50,753 bases of DNA from a virus (Duplodnaviria > Caudoviricetes). The notes beneath the pieces were generated by a model. That model saw nothing but the letters and a program-made list of their open reading frames with translations. It was not told the origin of the DNA and made no database searches. This document shows, piece by piece, positions 34,114 through 45,202 of this stretch. Numbering within the stretch: the first letter of the stretch is position 1; every line of letters starts with the position of its first letter. The stretch covers positions 1 through 50,753 of IMG/VR virus record IMGVR_UViG_3300049491_000401; one strand, given 5' to 3'. The position numbers were made by a program, and so were the translations under genes.

Positions 34114-36857
34114 TGGCTCGACTGCCCCAAGCCACAGATCTGCAGCGCCAGCCGGCGCCGGCGAGCTCACCGGGCATCCGGGTGGGGCAGATCGACTATG
34201 GGCTGGAGTCGCGCAACAAGAGCGGCGGCATCGCTGGCGGCCTGCAATCGATTGCCGGCGGGCTCGAGGCGATCGGTAAACAGCAAGAAGAAATCGACGA
34301 CTACGACACGCGCAAGAAGCTGCTCGATTTCAAGCTCGAAACCGAGATGGCTCTGGAAGAACACAAGCGGAGCATGCCCGTTGGTGGGGATGGGTTCGCC
34401 GCTTCCTGGGAACAGGAGGCCACGCGCCGGTCGAATGCGTTTTTCGGCAAGAACGGCGCCAATATTTCTCCCATGCAGCGTCAAAAAGTCGATCTAGCGC
34501 TGGTGCAGCACAACACGATACTTTCCGAGCGTGCGCAGCGCTCAGAGATGGCCGAACGTGACAGGCGGGAGATCGAAGGGCTCGAAGAGACCCTTGGCAA
34601 GACCCGATCGTTTGTCGAGGCCGATCCCAAGCGCCAAGAGGAAATGCGCGCTGAGGGCCGCAAGCTGATCGAGAGTAGCCGCATTCCTCCGGCCGACCGG
34701 CTACGGCTTGCCCATAAATACGACAAGGAAATAGATAAGACCTCGGCTGTCACGCGGCTGATGATGGCCAGGACGGCCGAAGATTACGCGACCCTGAAGG
34801 AGGATCTCGCGCCTGATATCGCGGAAAAGCGGGCAGCCAGCGGAATCGGGCCTGGCCCCTACTTCAATGCCGAGATCAATGGTGTGATCGAAGGGGCTGC
34901 CGCCAAGCATGGCGTCGATCCCGCGATGCTGCGCACGTTCGCCAAGATCGAAAGCGGCGGCAATCCCAAGAACACCACCGGCAGCTACAAGGGTCTGTTC
35001 CAACTCTCCGAAGGTGAGTTCCGCAAGCACGGCGGGAATGGAGATATCTACGATCCGCAGGCCAATGCCGAGGCTGCTGCCCGCAAACTCAAGTCCGAGT
35101 CGGACGCATTCGCTATGCGCACGGGGCGGCAGCCGTCGGCCGCCGAACTCTACATGGTCCATCAGCAAGGCGAGGGCGGTTCGGCCGCGCATGCCGCCAA
35201 CCCCGACGCTCCCGCATGGCAGAACATGGCCTCGACTGGCGAGGGCCGCCAGAAAGGCGAGACGTGGGCCAAGAAGGCGATCTGGGGGAATATCCCCGAT
35301 GCCGACAAGAAGACATTCGGCTCTGTCGAGAACGTCACCAGCAAGGACTTTCTGGCTCTATGGGAACGCAAGGTTGCGAATCTCAGCGGGGCGCGGCCAG
35401 GGGCGCCAGCACCCGAAGACGGCGCGGGCGAAGGCTACGCCGGACCCTATGCCAAGCTGAACATCACCGAGCGCAAGGCGCTCTGGCAGCAAGCCGAGGT
35501 CCAGCAACGCAAGATGAGCGAGGGGCTGCTCACAGAAATCAAGGAATACTCGGGCAATGCCGCGATCGGCAAGCTCCCGCCCGATGAGGTCGTGAAGGAT
35601 CTCGGCGACCGGGTGAAGGCGACGGGAGACCCGCGTGTGGCGGCAGCCTATCACTCGACGCTTGGCTTGGCCGACATGACGCGCACCTTGCAAAACGCCC
35701 CACCGATCGCCGTCGAAAACCTCGCCAAGCAGATCGAAACCCAGCTTGGCGACACAGCCATGCCAGAGGAACAAAAGCGCCTGGAGCACGTCAAGAAGCT
35801 CGCGGAGACCATGCGCAAGCAGACCAATGAAGACCCGATGACATGGGCGCATCAACGGCGCGTGATGGTGCCCGTCGGCGAACCCGGCAGCGAGGGGGCG
35901 GCGTTCCAGGAGCCCATCGTCCTCGACCGGCTCGATATGATGGCGCCGGATGCCGACATCACGCTCGCCCGACGCGCCCATCAAGCCAGGCGCGTGGGTG
36001 AGTTTTACGGGCAAGAGCCGAAGTTCTTCACGAAAATCGAGAGGGACGCGCTCGGTGACGTAATGCGCAAAGGCGGCGGGCCGATGCTCGACGTTCTCGG
36101 CAAGATGCATAAGGCCTTCGGCAACGACATGGTTTTGGCCATGAAGGAGATCAGCAAGAACGCGCCGGAAGTGGCGATCATGGGCAAGCTGATGGCTGAA
36201 GGGGGTGACCCCAAGCTGCTCGAAGACGCTGCCAAGAGTCTCAAACTGCGCCAGGAACTTGGCGACAAATTCATTTCCAGCGTCGACAAGAAGCAGGCTG
36301 AGCCTGACGTGCAAGCGCTGAATGGAGTGCTGGCCAAGACTCCGGGGATCATCGACCCCATTCGCCGGGCGACCGACGCCGTCTATGAATACCGGCACCG
36401 GTATCTCGGTAAGGATAAGTTCGATCCTGACCTCTACAAGAAGATCATGGGGGAGGTGATGGGAGAAGTCTCCGGGCCAGATGGCACGAAGTATGGCGGC
36501 GTCGGGAAGCAAGGCGCGGGCTGGTTCGATGGCAAATGGTCGAGCAATGTGCTGGTGCCGCCGGGTGTCCGGCAGGACGGCTTCGACGACATGGTGTCCT
36601 TGGTTACGGACAAGGATTTGCAGACGAGCAAGCCCTATCACGTCACCGGAAAACCATTGACGGCGGGCGAAGTGAGGCGCGCGACTTGGATCAGTGTCGG
36701 CTCAGGGCGGTACGTCCTGCAAACGGGGGCCGAGGCGAATGGCGAGCCAAATTTTGCGCTCGATCCACAAGATCCGAAGCGGCCATTTATTCTCGACGTT
36801 CGCCCGCTTTTGGGGGAGTTCCGGAAGCGGAAGCCAGAGCTTTTCGCTAATCCTTGA
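34113..36857 (+). CDS. Internal virion protein with a lytic transglycosylase domain
   Basis: AKIESGGNP, YKGLFQ, LYMVHQQG. Confidence 0.85.
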   Translation: MARLPQATDLQRQPAPASSPGIRVGQIDYGLESRNKSGGIAGGLQSIAGGLEAIGKQQEEIDDYDTRKKLLDFKLETEMALEEHKRSMPVGGDGFAASWEQEATRRSNAFFGKNGANISPMQRQKVDLALVQHNTILSERAQRSEMAERDRREIEGLEETLGKTRSFVEADPKRQEEMRAEGRKLIESSRIPPADRLRLAHKYDKEIDKTSAVTRLMMARTAEDYATLKEDLAPDIAEKRAASGIGPGPYFNAEINGVIEGAAAKHGVDPAMLRTFAKIESGGNPKNTTGSYKGLFQLSEGEFRKHGGNGDIYDPQANAEAAARKLKSESDAFAMRTGRQPSAAELYMVHQQGEGGSAAHAANPDAPAWQNMASTGEGRQKGETWAKKAIWGNIPDADKKTFGSVENVTSKDFLALWERKVANLSGARPGAPAPEDGAGEGYAGPYAKLNITERKALWQQAEVQQRKMSEGLLTEIKEYSGNAAIGKLPPDEVVKDLGDRVKATGDPRVAAAYHSTLGLADMTRTLQNAPPIAVENLAKQIETQLGDTAMPEEQKRLEHVKKLAETMRKQTNEDPMTWAHQRRVMVPVGEPGSEGAAFQEPIVLDRLDMMAPDADITLARRAHQARRVGEFYGQEPKFFTKIERDALGDVMRKGGGPMLDVLGKMHKAFGNDMVLAMKEISKNAPEVAIMGKLMAEGGDPKLLEDAAKSLKLRQELGDKFISSVDKKQAEPDVQALNGVLAKTPGIIDPIRRATDAVYEYRHRYLGKDKFDPDLYKKIMGEVMGEVSGPDGTKYGGVGKQGAGWFDGKWSSNVLVPPGVRQDGFDDMVSLVTDKDLQTSKPYHVTGKPLTAGEVRRATWISVGSGRYVLQTGAEANGEPNFALDPQDPKRPFILDVRPLLGEFRKRKPELFANP

Positions 36858-36859
36858 TC

Positions 36860-37174
36860 TTAGTCGAGCATCAGCACCTCGGAGCCCTTTGGGGCTCCGT
36901 AGGTTCCTTGGGGGCCAGCAGCATAGCCGCGCGTTCCCATGCACGAAGTAAAGAGACGAGCATTGACGATCGTTGCACCATAGGCGACGCCGCCATTGCG
37001 ATCCGAATATGCCTGGGATCTGTGTTGCTGAGAGCGCTCTATGCACTCAAATCTGTCCTTCAGGAATGTCTCTTGGGTGCCACCCGCTTTAGAATACCGC
37101 AACGGCGGCAGTTGCTGCGTCGTCGAGCAAGCGCCAATTACGCAGCACAACGATAGGACCGATAAAAAGCGCAT
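36860..37174 (-). CDS. Predicted lipoprotein, antisense moron
   Basis: Lipobox IGAC, RBS GGAGGGAG, CM..RGY motif. Confidence 0.8.
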   Translation of the reverse strand: MRFLSVLSLCCVIGACSTTQQLPPLRYSKAGGTQETFLKDRFECIERSQQHRSQAYSDRNGGVAYGATIVNARLFTSCMGTRGYAAGPQGTYGAPKGSEVLMLD

Positions 37175-37194
37175 CGGCTCTCCCTCCGAAACGG

Positions 37195-40100
37195 ATGCAG
37201 GATTTCATGGAAGAAATTGAATTCGGCTCCTGGAAACCGTCGCGCGGTGCCCCAGCCACATTGGACGAAGTCTACAGCGCCTCGCTCGATGCGCAACGCA
37301 AGTATCAGAACGTCAATTCGTACACCCGCAATTTGATGGATGCCTACGATCGAGTCAATGACGAGATCAAAAAGACTGTCGGCGCGGATCTCATCAATCC
37401 CTTTAATCGATACCGGGCCTATCCAGGGGATGCGATGGGTGGCGCGCCACCCTCTGTTTATGACGCCGAGAAGGCAACGCCCGACCCGATCAAGAGCTGG
37501 GAATCAGATCTCGATGCGCTCGCCGAGAAACATCCGGGCGTCGTCGATTGGGGGGGGCTGAAAGCACGGCCATTGAACGAAGTCGGGCGCGTCATGAAGG
37601 CGTCCGAAGAAAAAAACTCCGACGTGATGCAGCGGCGCGGTTTTGTAGACGGCAAGGATATCCCTGGACTAGGCCGCGTGCCGCTCGTGCGTGATGTTGC
37701 AAGCGGCGTCGTCAACATCGCCAAAGATCCAGCGGGGATGGCCTACAGCGTACTCGGCTCGCTTCGTGGTGCCTTGGAGAGCCCTGCTGATATCATTGCC
37801 AACCTCGGCGGACTCAATGGCATGGCGACGAAGTCGCTCGTCAAGAATGCTGTTAGAAACGGGTTGTCGAATGCGGGGATACAGGCAGTCCTAGAACCTG
37901 TCGTGCAGGCCAACCGGGCTGCTGGCGGATTGGAATACGGGTGGGAAAAAGCGTTCGAGGATCTTGCGGGTGCCTTCGGAACCGGCGCTGCTCTTGACCT
38001 CGCTATGCGCCCCGCCGGCCGCGCCGCGATCCGCCGTTTCGGCAATGATACGCCCGACGGCACGTTCTCGCGCAATGTGCCACGCGGTGGTGTTTTCACC
38101 GACGCGCCGGAACAGCTCCATCTCCCGCCCAAGCCCGTTGTCCGTCCCGACATTTCCGAAGCTGTGCTTGAGAAGGCCCGCGCTGGCAACCTCGAGGCCC
38201 TCAAGGAAGTCGCGGTCAAGGCGGGCATTGCCGATCATCCCAGCGTCAAGGGCGCGCTCGATCATGCCGAATTGGGCGGCAAGGTCGATGAAGCCGCCAT
38301 GGCAAAGTTCAAAGAACTCGGTGTCGATGACGGCGAAGGGTTTCGCACGATTGCGGAGGTGATCAAGAACCCCGACCGCTACATTCGAGAGCCGAGCCCT
38401 GTACGTGCCGCCTCTGCGGCACTTGCGCCGCAAGAGGCCGTTGCCCTGGTAACGGAGAATGCCCCACAGGTGCAAGCCTTGCTGGCTGGCCTGGAACCCC
38501 GCATCGCGCGGGCCGTTGGCCATGCCCTGGAAGCGGGCCTGCCTCAGATCCTACCCCTCGTGCGTGAAGCCGTGGCGGGCCTCAAGGCGGGCGCCACCGA
38601 TGCCGTGCCCTCGTTTACAGCCAAGCTCGGCGAGGTCGAGCGTTTCGTCGACGTGGCGACGATCCATGGCAGTCACAATCTATTCGAGGCCGCCGACGCT
38701 CTCCGCCGGTCGCCGGATGCCGTCGATAGCAATGTTCCCCTGACAACCGACTTCATGCACGGGGCGCGTGCGCTCTCCACGCTCGATGCCGATGCCTACG
38801 CGATCATTCGCTCGGGGGAGATGTCCCCCGCGATCGGTGCCGAAGTCGCCAACACCGTACCTCCAGCACAACAGGCCCGTGTGCTCAATGATTTGCGCAA
38901 AGCGGGAGCTGAGACAGTCGCCGACGCGCGGGAGTTGATCGACACGCTCGTGACGCGGGAACGCGGCGATGAGATGCCACTGCATGCCGGCGCCAAGATC
39001 AGCGACCCCGCCGGCCCGGAAGCCAAGGCACAAACCGAACGTCTCGCCGAAGAGCACGCCGATGCCATCAAGGAGGCCGAAGCCCCACTGAAAGAGCGCG
39101 ACAAGCTCGAAAGCGAAGTCGAGACGATCCGCGGCGAGATTGCCAAGCTCGAAGAGAAGACCGCAATCGGGGCGGAGAAGAAGTCAGACGCGACCAAGCA
39201 GGCGGATGCAGGCGAATTTGATCCGTTCCGCGCGATCGACCCCGAGACAACAGCCAAGCCCGGCGACGGCCCGACAGCAAAAGAATTCGGAGAACTCGCA
39301 GCCAAGCGAGGGGACTTGCGCGATGCGCAAGCGCGGCTGGCGAATGCCAATGACGCGATCTTCCCGCCGTCGCCCGATGACATCCTGTTCCGCCACATCA
39401 TGGAGCACGCGGGCCTTCAGCGCGTCAAAGACCTGCGCTCAGCGATCGATGATGCCTTGCGGCTGGCCACCCAGATTTTGCCGGAGGGGACACGCGTCCA
39501 GGTCACGCCGGAACGCATGATCGATCCCGTCAGCGGCCACATGCTGGATGCCCTGTCCGACGTGGCGACGGGCGATATCGCGCTTGCAACCTATGCCGTC
39601 AATCCTGCGGCACGGATTGCCCACGAAGGGTTGCACACCCTTGTCACGCGCGGGCTGGTGTCGCCTCAAGAGATCAATCTGCTCGCCGATGCCGCGCGCA
39701 CGGCGAAGGTGTTCCCGGAAGATGTAGAAGCCAAGTATCGCACAGCCTATGAGGGCCGGCCAGAAGTCGATCGCCTGATCGAGGAAGAGGCCGCTGCTCA
39801 CTATATCGAAGCCCGGATCAAAAGGGGCGAACCTGCCCCGCAATCAATCGTCGACCGCGTACATGCTCTGATCAAGCGGGTTCGCAATGCGCTCGACGGA
39901 TATGGGTTTAAAACGGCTGAGGACGTGCGTGACGCGATCTTGCGTGGAGACGTCGCCAAGCGTGAGGCTAATGACGCGTGGGGGCGCACACAACGTGAGT
40001 CGACGGACAAAGGTCCAATGTTCGCTCTGCGCGACACGGACTCCCTCGGCTACTACTCCAAAGCTCTTGAAGCCGCTCGCTCTCTGAAGCAGTCCAAAGG

Positions 40101-42294
40101 CACGCCAGAGCAAATGCTGGCTCAGCTCAAGACGGCGGGTGTCAAGGAAGCCGAGATCAAGGCCACGAAGCTCGATGAGCTGTTGGCTGATCCGTCGGTT
40201 CGGGGTCATTCCATCACCCGAGACGAGATCGTCAAGCACCTGGAGGAAAGACGAGTCAATCTGAGCGAGGTCGAGCGCAAGCGGTCAAGCAACGCAATCC
40301 AGGTCGAGGAAGAACTCTCTAAATGGCGCGAGAATGAGATTGAAAAACTGTCGACTTACGACTCCGACCGCCATGCCGAAATTTCTCTAAAGCACGAGGA
40401 TGATATCTTAAAGTTCGTTCGTGAAAACGGCGTGGTCGTCGACGAAGAGCGTTTTAGAGATGATGCGAGCGACCTTTTGGCGGAAGTCGGCGTCAAGGTC
40501 GAGACAGGATCAATACCATTATGGGAGCACGCCGAGTCCTACACTTTCGTCACGATGCCGGATGGCAAGACGCTTTGGCTCTCCAATCAAGGCGGTCACG
40601 AAGTTTATCAGTCCTACGCTGCGGCCGTCAAAAGCCTGGAAGATGATGCGAAAAATCAAGCCAAGGATTCGATTGATGAAGCAGAGCACCAGCAGCGCGA
40701 CCTCATCCGCCGCGAGCTCGAAGGCGAAGATGACACCAAATGGTCCTCCTACTCCCTCGACCCAGCGAACCCAACCTACAGAGAGACGGTTATACATCTG
40801 CCTGAAGTCGGCGTTTCGTTTGATGAATATCTGAAAATCCGCCAAGAGAACGGCACCGCCTATCGCGACCCGATCCCCTCGAATCTTGCTGGATACCGTC
40901 GCGATTACGATGAGGGCCTGTGGCGAACGAACGGCGGCGAGCGCTCCCTAAGTGCTCGCGCGCAGGACAAGAACTTCCGCTCCGGCCACTTCCCCGAACC
41001 CAACATCATCGGTCACATGATGACCAGCACCGTCAAGGACGCGGCTGGACGAGACGTGTTCCTGATCGACCAGATCCAGTCCGATTGGGGGCAGAAACTG
41101 CGCGACGGCGGTGTCAGAGACGAGGCGAAGATCGCTGATATTCGCACACAGCAGGAGATCTCGCGCACAAAAGCCGATGAGATCATGGATGGTTATATGC
41201 GTGGCTTGGCCAACGAAGACCGGGCCAAGAACTACAAGCCCGATGTCGTTGATCGGTTCGGCAGGATGGCGCAAGAAGGAGATCAGACGGCTAGGACGTG
41301 GATAGAACTCAACGATCGTGCGAATTTATTGAATTCCGAACTCCGCACCGCCGAAGCCACCGCCTCCGGTCATCCTCTCGTCAACACCACAGACCAATGG
41401 ACCAATACCACTCTCCGCCGTGCTATCAGGCTAGCGGTTGAGCAGGATGCCGACTCAATCGCCATTCCATCCGGCGATACGGTGCTGTCATACAACCCCG
41501 GCGGCACCGAGGGCATGCGGGGATTCTACGACAAGATCGTGCCGAAGAACCTGCGCAATCTGCTGCAGAAGATCGACAAGGACAGCCCCGATCCAGCCAA
41601 GACTGCAACGCTGGCCACGCCGTCCAAGGGCGCGACTGGAAAAGGCTTCACGGTTTTCCCCCTGACCGACAAGGTCAAGGCGTCCGTCATCAACGATGGG
41701 CAGGCGATGTTCTCCCTGCGCGAGGGCGGCGATGGCGCGAGGATACGGGCCTATCACTGGACCGACCAGACATTCGAGAGGTTCGACGCCAGCGAGACGG
41801 TCGAGGCTGGGTTCCATTTCGACGACATGAACCAGGCCGTGACCCGATCGGCGACCAAGTCCGGCTGGCCGTGGCCGCTGAAGGGGCGGCTGATCCCCGT
41901 CGAGATCGAGGCCGGCCGTATCCTCGATCTGCCCGAGGACGTGACGCTGTGGACCGGGAAGCACATGATCGACGCGCTCGAAAAGCACGGCATCATGGAC
42001 GCGGAGACCGCCGCCCGCATGCGCAGCAAGGACTTCACCGGACAGGAGCGCACGCGCCAAGTGCGTGATTGGCTGGTGGAGCAGGGCTACGACACCGTCC
42101 GCTATGAGAACCGTTTCGAGGGCGCTGGCCCCTCCTACATGACGCTCGGCACTGGCAACGTGCGCCACGCACGCAGCGGCGCGGTGCTGTTCGGGCTCAG
42201 TCCTGAACCACCCAAGGCACCGCTTCATGCGGAAGTCGCCATGATCGACCGCATGAATATGCTCAAAGACCTCGCCATGGCCTGCAAGGGATAG
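37195..42294 (+). CDS. Large polyvalent internal virion protein
   Basis: 1699 aa; HEGLH, QIQSDWGQ, C-terminal YHWT..F.RFD..GFHF. Confidence 0.85.
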   Translation: MQDFMEEIEFGSWKPSRGAPATLDEVYSASLDAQRKYQNVNSYTRNLMDAYDRVNDEIKKTVGADLINPFNRYRAYPGDAMGGAPPSVYDAEKATPDPIKSWESDLDALAEKHPGVVDWGGLKARPLNEVGRVMKASEEKNSDVMQRRGFVDGKDIPGLGRVPLVRDVASGVVNIAKDPAGMAYSVLGSLRGALESPADIIANLGGLNGMATKSLVKNAVRNGLSNAGIQAVLEPVVQANRAAGGLEYGWEKAFEDLAGAFGTGAALDLAMRPAGRAAIRRFGNDTPDGTFSRNVPRGGVFTDAPEQLHLPPKPVVRPDISEAVLEKARAGNLEALKEVAVKAGIADHPSVKGALDHAELGGKVDEAAMAKFKELGVDDGEGFRTIAEVIKNPDRYIREPSPVRAASAALAPQEAVALVTENAPQVQALLAGLEPRIARAVGHALEAGLPQILPLVREAVAGLKAGATDAVPSFTAKLGEVERFVDVATIHGSHNLFEAADALRRSPDAVDSNVPLTTDFMHGARALSTLDADAYAIIRSGEMSPAIGAEVANTVPPAQQARVLNDLRKAGAETVADARELIDTLVTRERGDEMPLHAGAKISDPAGPEAKAQTERLAEEHADAIKEAEAPLKERDKLESEVETIRGEIAKLEEKTAIGAEKKSDATKQADAGEFDPFRAIDPETTAKPGDGPTAKEFGELAAKRGDLRDAQARLANANDAIFPPSPDDILFRHIMEHAGLQRVKDLRSAIDDALRLATQILPEGTRVQVTPERMIDPVSGHMLDALSDVATGDIALATYAVNPAARIAHEGLHTLVTRGLVSPQEINLLADAARTAKVFPEDVEAKYRTAYEGRPEVDRLIEEEAAAHYIEARIKRGEPAPQSIVDRVHALIKRVRNALDGYGFKTAEDVRDAILRGDVAKREANDAWGRTQRESTDKGPMFALRDTDSLGYYSKALEAARSLKQSKGTPEQMLAQLKTAGVKEAEIKATKLDELLADPSVRGHSITRDEIVKHLEERRVNLSEVERKRSSNAIQVEEELSKWRENEIEKLSTYDSDRHAEISLKHEDDILKFVRENGVVVDEERFRDDASDLLAEVGVKVETGSIPLWEHAESYTFVTMPDGKTLWLSNQGGHEVYQSYAAAVKSLEDDAKNQAKDSIDEAEHQQRDLIRRELEGEDDTKWSSYSLDPANPTYRETVIHLPEVGVSFDEYLKIRQENGTAYRDPIPSNLAGYRRDYDEGLWRTNGGERSLSARAQDKNFRSGHFPEPNIIGHMMTSTVKDAAGRDVFLIDQIQSDWGQKLRDGGVRDEAKIADIRTQQEISRTKADEIMDGYMRGLANEDRAKNYKPDVVDRFGRMAQEGDQTARTWIELNDRANLLNSELRTAEATASGHPLVNTTDQWTNTTLRRAIRLAVEQDADSIAIPSGDTVLSYNPGGTEGMRGFYDKIVPKNLRNLLQKIDKDSPDPAKTATLATPSKGATGKGFTVFPLTDKVKASVINDGQAMFSLREGGDGARIRAYHWTDQTFERFDASETVEAGFHFDDMNQAVTRSATKSGWPWPLKGRLIPVEIEAGRILDLPEDVTLWTGKHMIDALEKHGIMDAETAARMRSKDFTGQERTRQVRDWLVEQGYDTVRYENRFEGAGPSYMTLGTGNVRHARSGAVLFGLSPEPPKAPLHAEVAMIDRMNMLKDLAMACKG

Positions 42295-42298
42295 CCAC

Positions 42299-45160
42299 AT
42301 GAGCCTCAAGGATTGCATCACGGCAGCCGTGCGCCAGGGCCACATTACGCTTGAGGAAGGGCAGACCCTCGCCAAGCGCTACGACAACATCGCTAAGCAG
42401 GTTCTGAGCACGGGCGAGGCCAAGGCGCAATTTGTGGCTGAGCTTGAGATCGAGGCCGCCGAACGCAAGCGCAGGGCCTTCCTGATGGAAGGTGTGCGGG
42501 GCAAGCTGCTCGCCGAACTCAAGGGATACCGCAACCTCAAGGGCGAGGAAGACATCGCCGAAGCGTTTCTGATGATGCACGAGAACTATGGTCGCATGGG
42601 TTCCTACATCGCCGACGCGGAGGGCGCCCGCACGGTGATCCAGCGACGAGCCCATGAGCAACTCAGCGACCTTTTGCGCGAGTTCCGCAAGGGCGCTATC
42701 ACGGGCGATCTGCGCCGCTCCCGTCCCAAAGTGCATGCTCGCTTGCAAAACGTCGTGCGCGAACTGTTCGGAGAATCAACGGGCGACGCCCCAGCCGCGA
42801 TGATGGCCAAGGCCTGGGAGAAGGTCTCCGAAGATTTGCGCGTCCGCTTCAATGAGGCAGGCGGTGCCATCCAGAAACTCGAGAAGTGGGGCCTACCTCA
42901 GGGGCACGATCAGCAAGCCTTGCTCGACTATGGCAAGGAAAAATGGGTCGATCGCCTGATGCAGGAAGGCGTTCTCGACCGCGACAAAACTGTGCATCCA
43001 TTGACCAAGCGCCGGATGACGGATGAGGAATTGCGCGAGAGCCTGAATGTGATCTGGGACCGCATCACCACCGATGGTTGGATTGACCGGGAGGCCTCCG
43101 GCGTGCCGACCGGCAAGGGCGCGTTGTGGTCACAACACGCTGACCACCGCTTCCTGCATTTCAAGTCAGCCGATGCCTGGATGGACTACGCCAAAGCCTT
43201 CGGCAACCCAGACCCCTACGGCGCAATGATGGGCCACATCAACAAGATGGCCCGCGACATCGCACACATGGAAAAATTCGGGCCGAACCCGACCGTGATC
43301 CGCACCTACCTCAAGCAGCACCTGCAAGCCGAAGCGGCCAAGGTCAAGTCCACAGAGGTCGTCATCGGGGAGCAGATCGAGCAGTTGAAAGATCTCTCGG
43401 GGAAGCTCACGAAACCCAACCCGGAACGCGAAAAGATAACGACTGAGATCGCGAGCGTCCTGAAGGACCTGGACGCCGAGCGCCGAACGAAGTGGGGTAA
43501 ACGGCACAGTCGCTACATGCGCGAAGAGCGCGATCCGTTGTCGACAGCCAAGGTCGCCGAGGTCGAGCTGCGTATGGACACGCTTTATCAGAAAATGACG
43601 ACCCTGACGGATAAGCTGAAGGGCACGCCAGCCACCATCCGCGATGCCGAAATCGCCCACGCCATCGACTTGCTCACCGAGGAGATGCGCGACCCGATCC
43701 AGTTCGCCAACACCAAGAACCCACAAGACCATTTGACGAGAACGCTCTACAAGGCCGACGCGCGATGGGAACTCATGCGTGGCTCGATGAGCCCCGTGAG
43801 TGCGTCGTTTGCGAATGTCATGGCGAGTACGCGCAACCTCATCTCTGCGGCCAGCTTGGGAAGCGCCTGGGCCTCCTCTCTCGCCGATCCGATGTTTGGG
43901 CAGGACATGCGGTTGCGAATGGGGATGGGGTTCGCCAAAGCCAACTTCGGGCGTGTCTTGACCGTTGCCCTCAAAGAGATGGTGACGATGGGCAGCCGCG
44001 AAGACGCCGTCAGGGCAGGCCTCGGGCTCGACAGCGCCATCGATGTCATGCACCGGACGGCCAAGGAGAACAACTCCATGGATGCGCGGGCCTGGACCGG
44101 CTACCTCGCCGACCGCACGCTGACCTATGGCATGCTGTCGCCCTGGACCCAGGCAGGCAAACACCTCGCAGGCCTCGATCTCATGGCGTGGTTCGCGGAC
44201 AACACAAAAAACGATTGGGCGCACATTCCTGATGGCCTACGCAAGGGGCTCGTGTCGCACGGCTTCGATGCTGCGTCGTGGGATCTGATCCGCAACGTAC
44301 CCCTGCATGAGCCCAAACGCGGCGTGTTCTATCTCCGCGCTCCGGATATCGAGGGCGCTGCTGGCCGGGAGCTGTCCGAACGCTATGCAGCGATGATTTT
44401 GCGCGAGACCCGCTATGCGGTTCCGGAAGCAACCGTCGCTTCACGAGCGGTTGGGGGTGCGACGCGGCCCGGAACATTTCACGGCGAAGTGTGGCGCTCC
44501 ATGATGCAGTTCAAAGGGTTCGGGATTGCCGTGGTTATGCTGCATGCAAACCGAATGGCGCGGGAGTTGATGGCGGGGGACAGATCGGCGGCGAGCATGG
44601 CCGGGGCGATGCTGATCACGGGCGCGTTTCTCGGCGCCGTGTCGATGTCCCTGAAGGACATCAAGGACGGTCGCGATCCCCGCAAGTGGCTCGATGAAAA
44701 AACCTATTTCGATCCGATGTTTTGGGCGGCGGCGGCACTGCAATCGGGTGGCCTCGGTATCTATGGCGATTTCCTGTTTTCGAATACGGGCCGCACGGGT
44801 AGCGGCCTGGGAAAAACGATGGTGGGCCCTGTCGTCGATCGCATTGACAACGTCCTCGGCCTGACCATGGGCAATGTCGGCCAAGCCATCCGCGGGGAGA
44901 AGACCAACCGTGGCCGGGAGGCAGCGAAGCTGGTCCGCCAGAACACGCCGGTCATCGGCAACAACATTTTCTTAGGATTAGCCTATCAGCGTGTGCTGAT
45001 GGATCAGCTTCAACGGCTGGCTGATCCCGAGGCACACGCTGATTTCAGGCGGCAAATTCAACACAGACGCAAGGATTTCAAGCAAGATTTCTGGTGGGAG
45101 CCCGGTTCCTCGTCTCCAAGACGCGCCCCGGACTTGACCCGTCCCTTGGCCACACGTTAA
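42299..45160 (+). CDS. Large internal virion (ejection) protein
   Basis: WGLPQ.HD, RFLHFKSADAW..Y, MQFKGF, GGLGIYGDFLF motifs. Confidence 0.85.
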   Translation: MSLKDCITAAVRQGHITLEEGQTLAKRYDNIAKQVLSTGEAKAQFVAELEIEAAERKRRAFLMEGVRGKLLAELKGYRNLKGEEDIAEAFLMMHENYGRMGSYIADAEGARTVIQRRAHEQLSDLLREFRKGAITGDLRRSRPKVHARLQNVVRELFGESTGDAPAAMMAKAWEKVSEDLRVRFNEAGGAIQKLEKWGLPQGHDQQALLDYGKEKWVDRLMQEGVLDRDKTVHPLTKRRMTDEELRESLNVIWDRITTDGWIDREASGVPTGKGALWSQHADHRFLHFKSADAWMDYAKAFGNPDPYGAMMGHINKMARDIAHMEKFGPNPTVIRTYLKQHLQAEAAKVKSTEVVIGEQIEQLKDLSGKLTKPNPEREKITTEIASVLKDLDAERRTKWGKRHSRYMREERDPLSTAKVAEVELRMDTLYQKMTTLTDKLKGTPATIRDAEIAHAIDLLTEEMRDPIQFANTKNPQDHLTRTLYKADARWELMRGSMSPVSASFANVMASTRNLISAASLGSAWASSLADPMFGQDMRLRMGMGFAKANFGRVLTVALKEMVTMGSREDAVRAGLGLDSAIDVMHRTAKENNSMDARAWTGYLADRTLTYGMLSPWTQAGKHLAGLDLMAWFADNTKNDWAHIPDGLRKGLVSHGFDAASWDLIRNVPLHEPKRGVFYLRAPDIEGAAGRELSERYAAMILRETRYAVPEATVASRAVGGATRPGTFHGEVWRSMMQFKGFGIAVVMLHANRMARELMAGDRSAASMAGAMLITGAFLGAVSMSLKDIKDGRDPRKWLDEKTYFDPMFWAAAALQSGGLGIYGDFLFSNTGRTGSGLGKTMVGPVVDRIDNVLGLTMGNVGQAIRGEKTNRGREAAKLVRQNTPVIGNNIFLGLAYQRVLMDQLQRLADPEAHADFRRQIQHRRKDFKQDFWWEPGSSSPRRAPDLTRPLATR

Positions 45161-45202
45161 GCACAAGCGTCCGTTGCGTTTCGCGTCCCATCCAGAGGAG
45201 GC

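Noticed and set aside
35358-36641. Long antisense ORFs (also 13873-14838, 41488-42375, 43166-44224)
   Set aside because: Shadow frames of high-GC genes with no motifs or RBS
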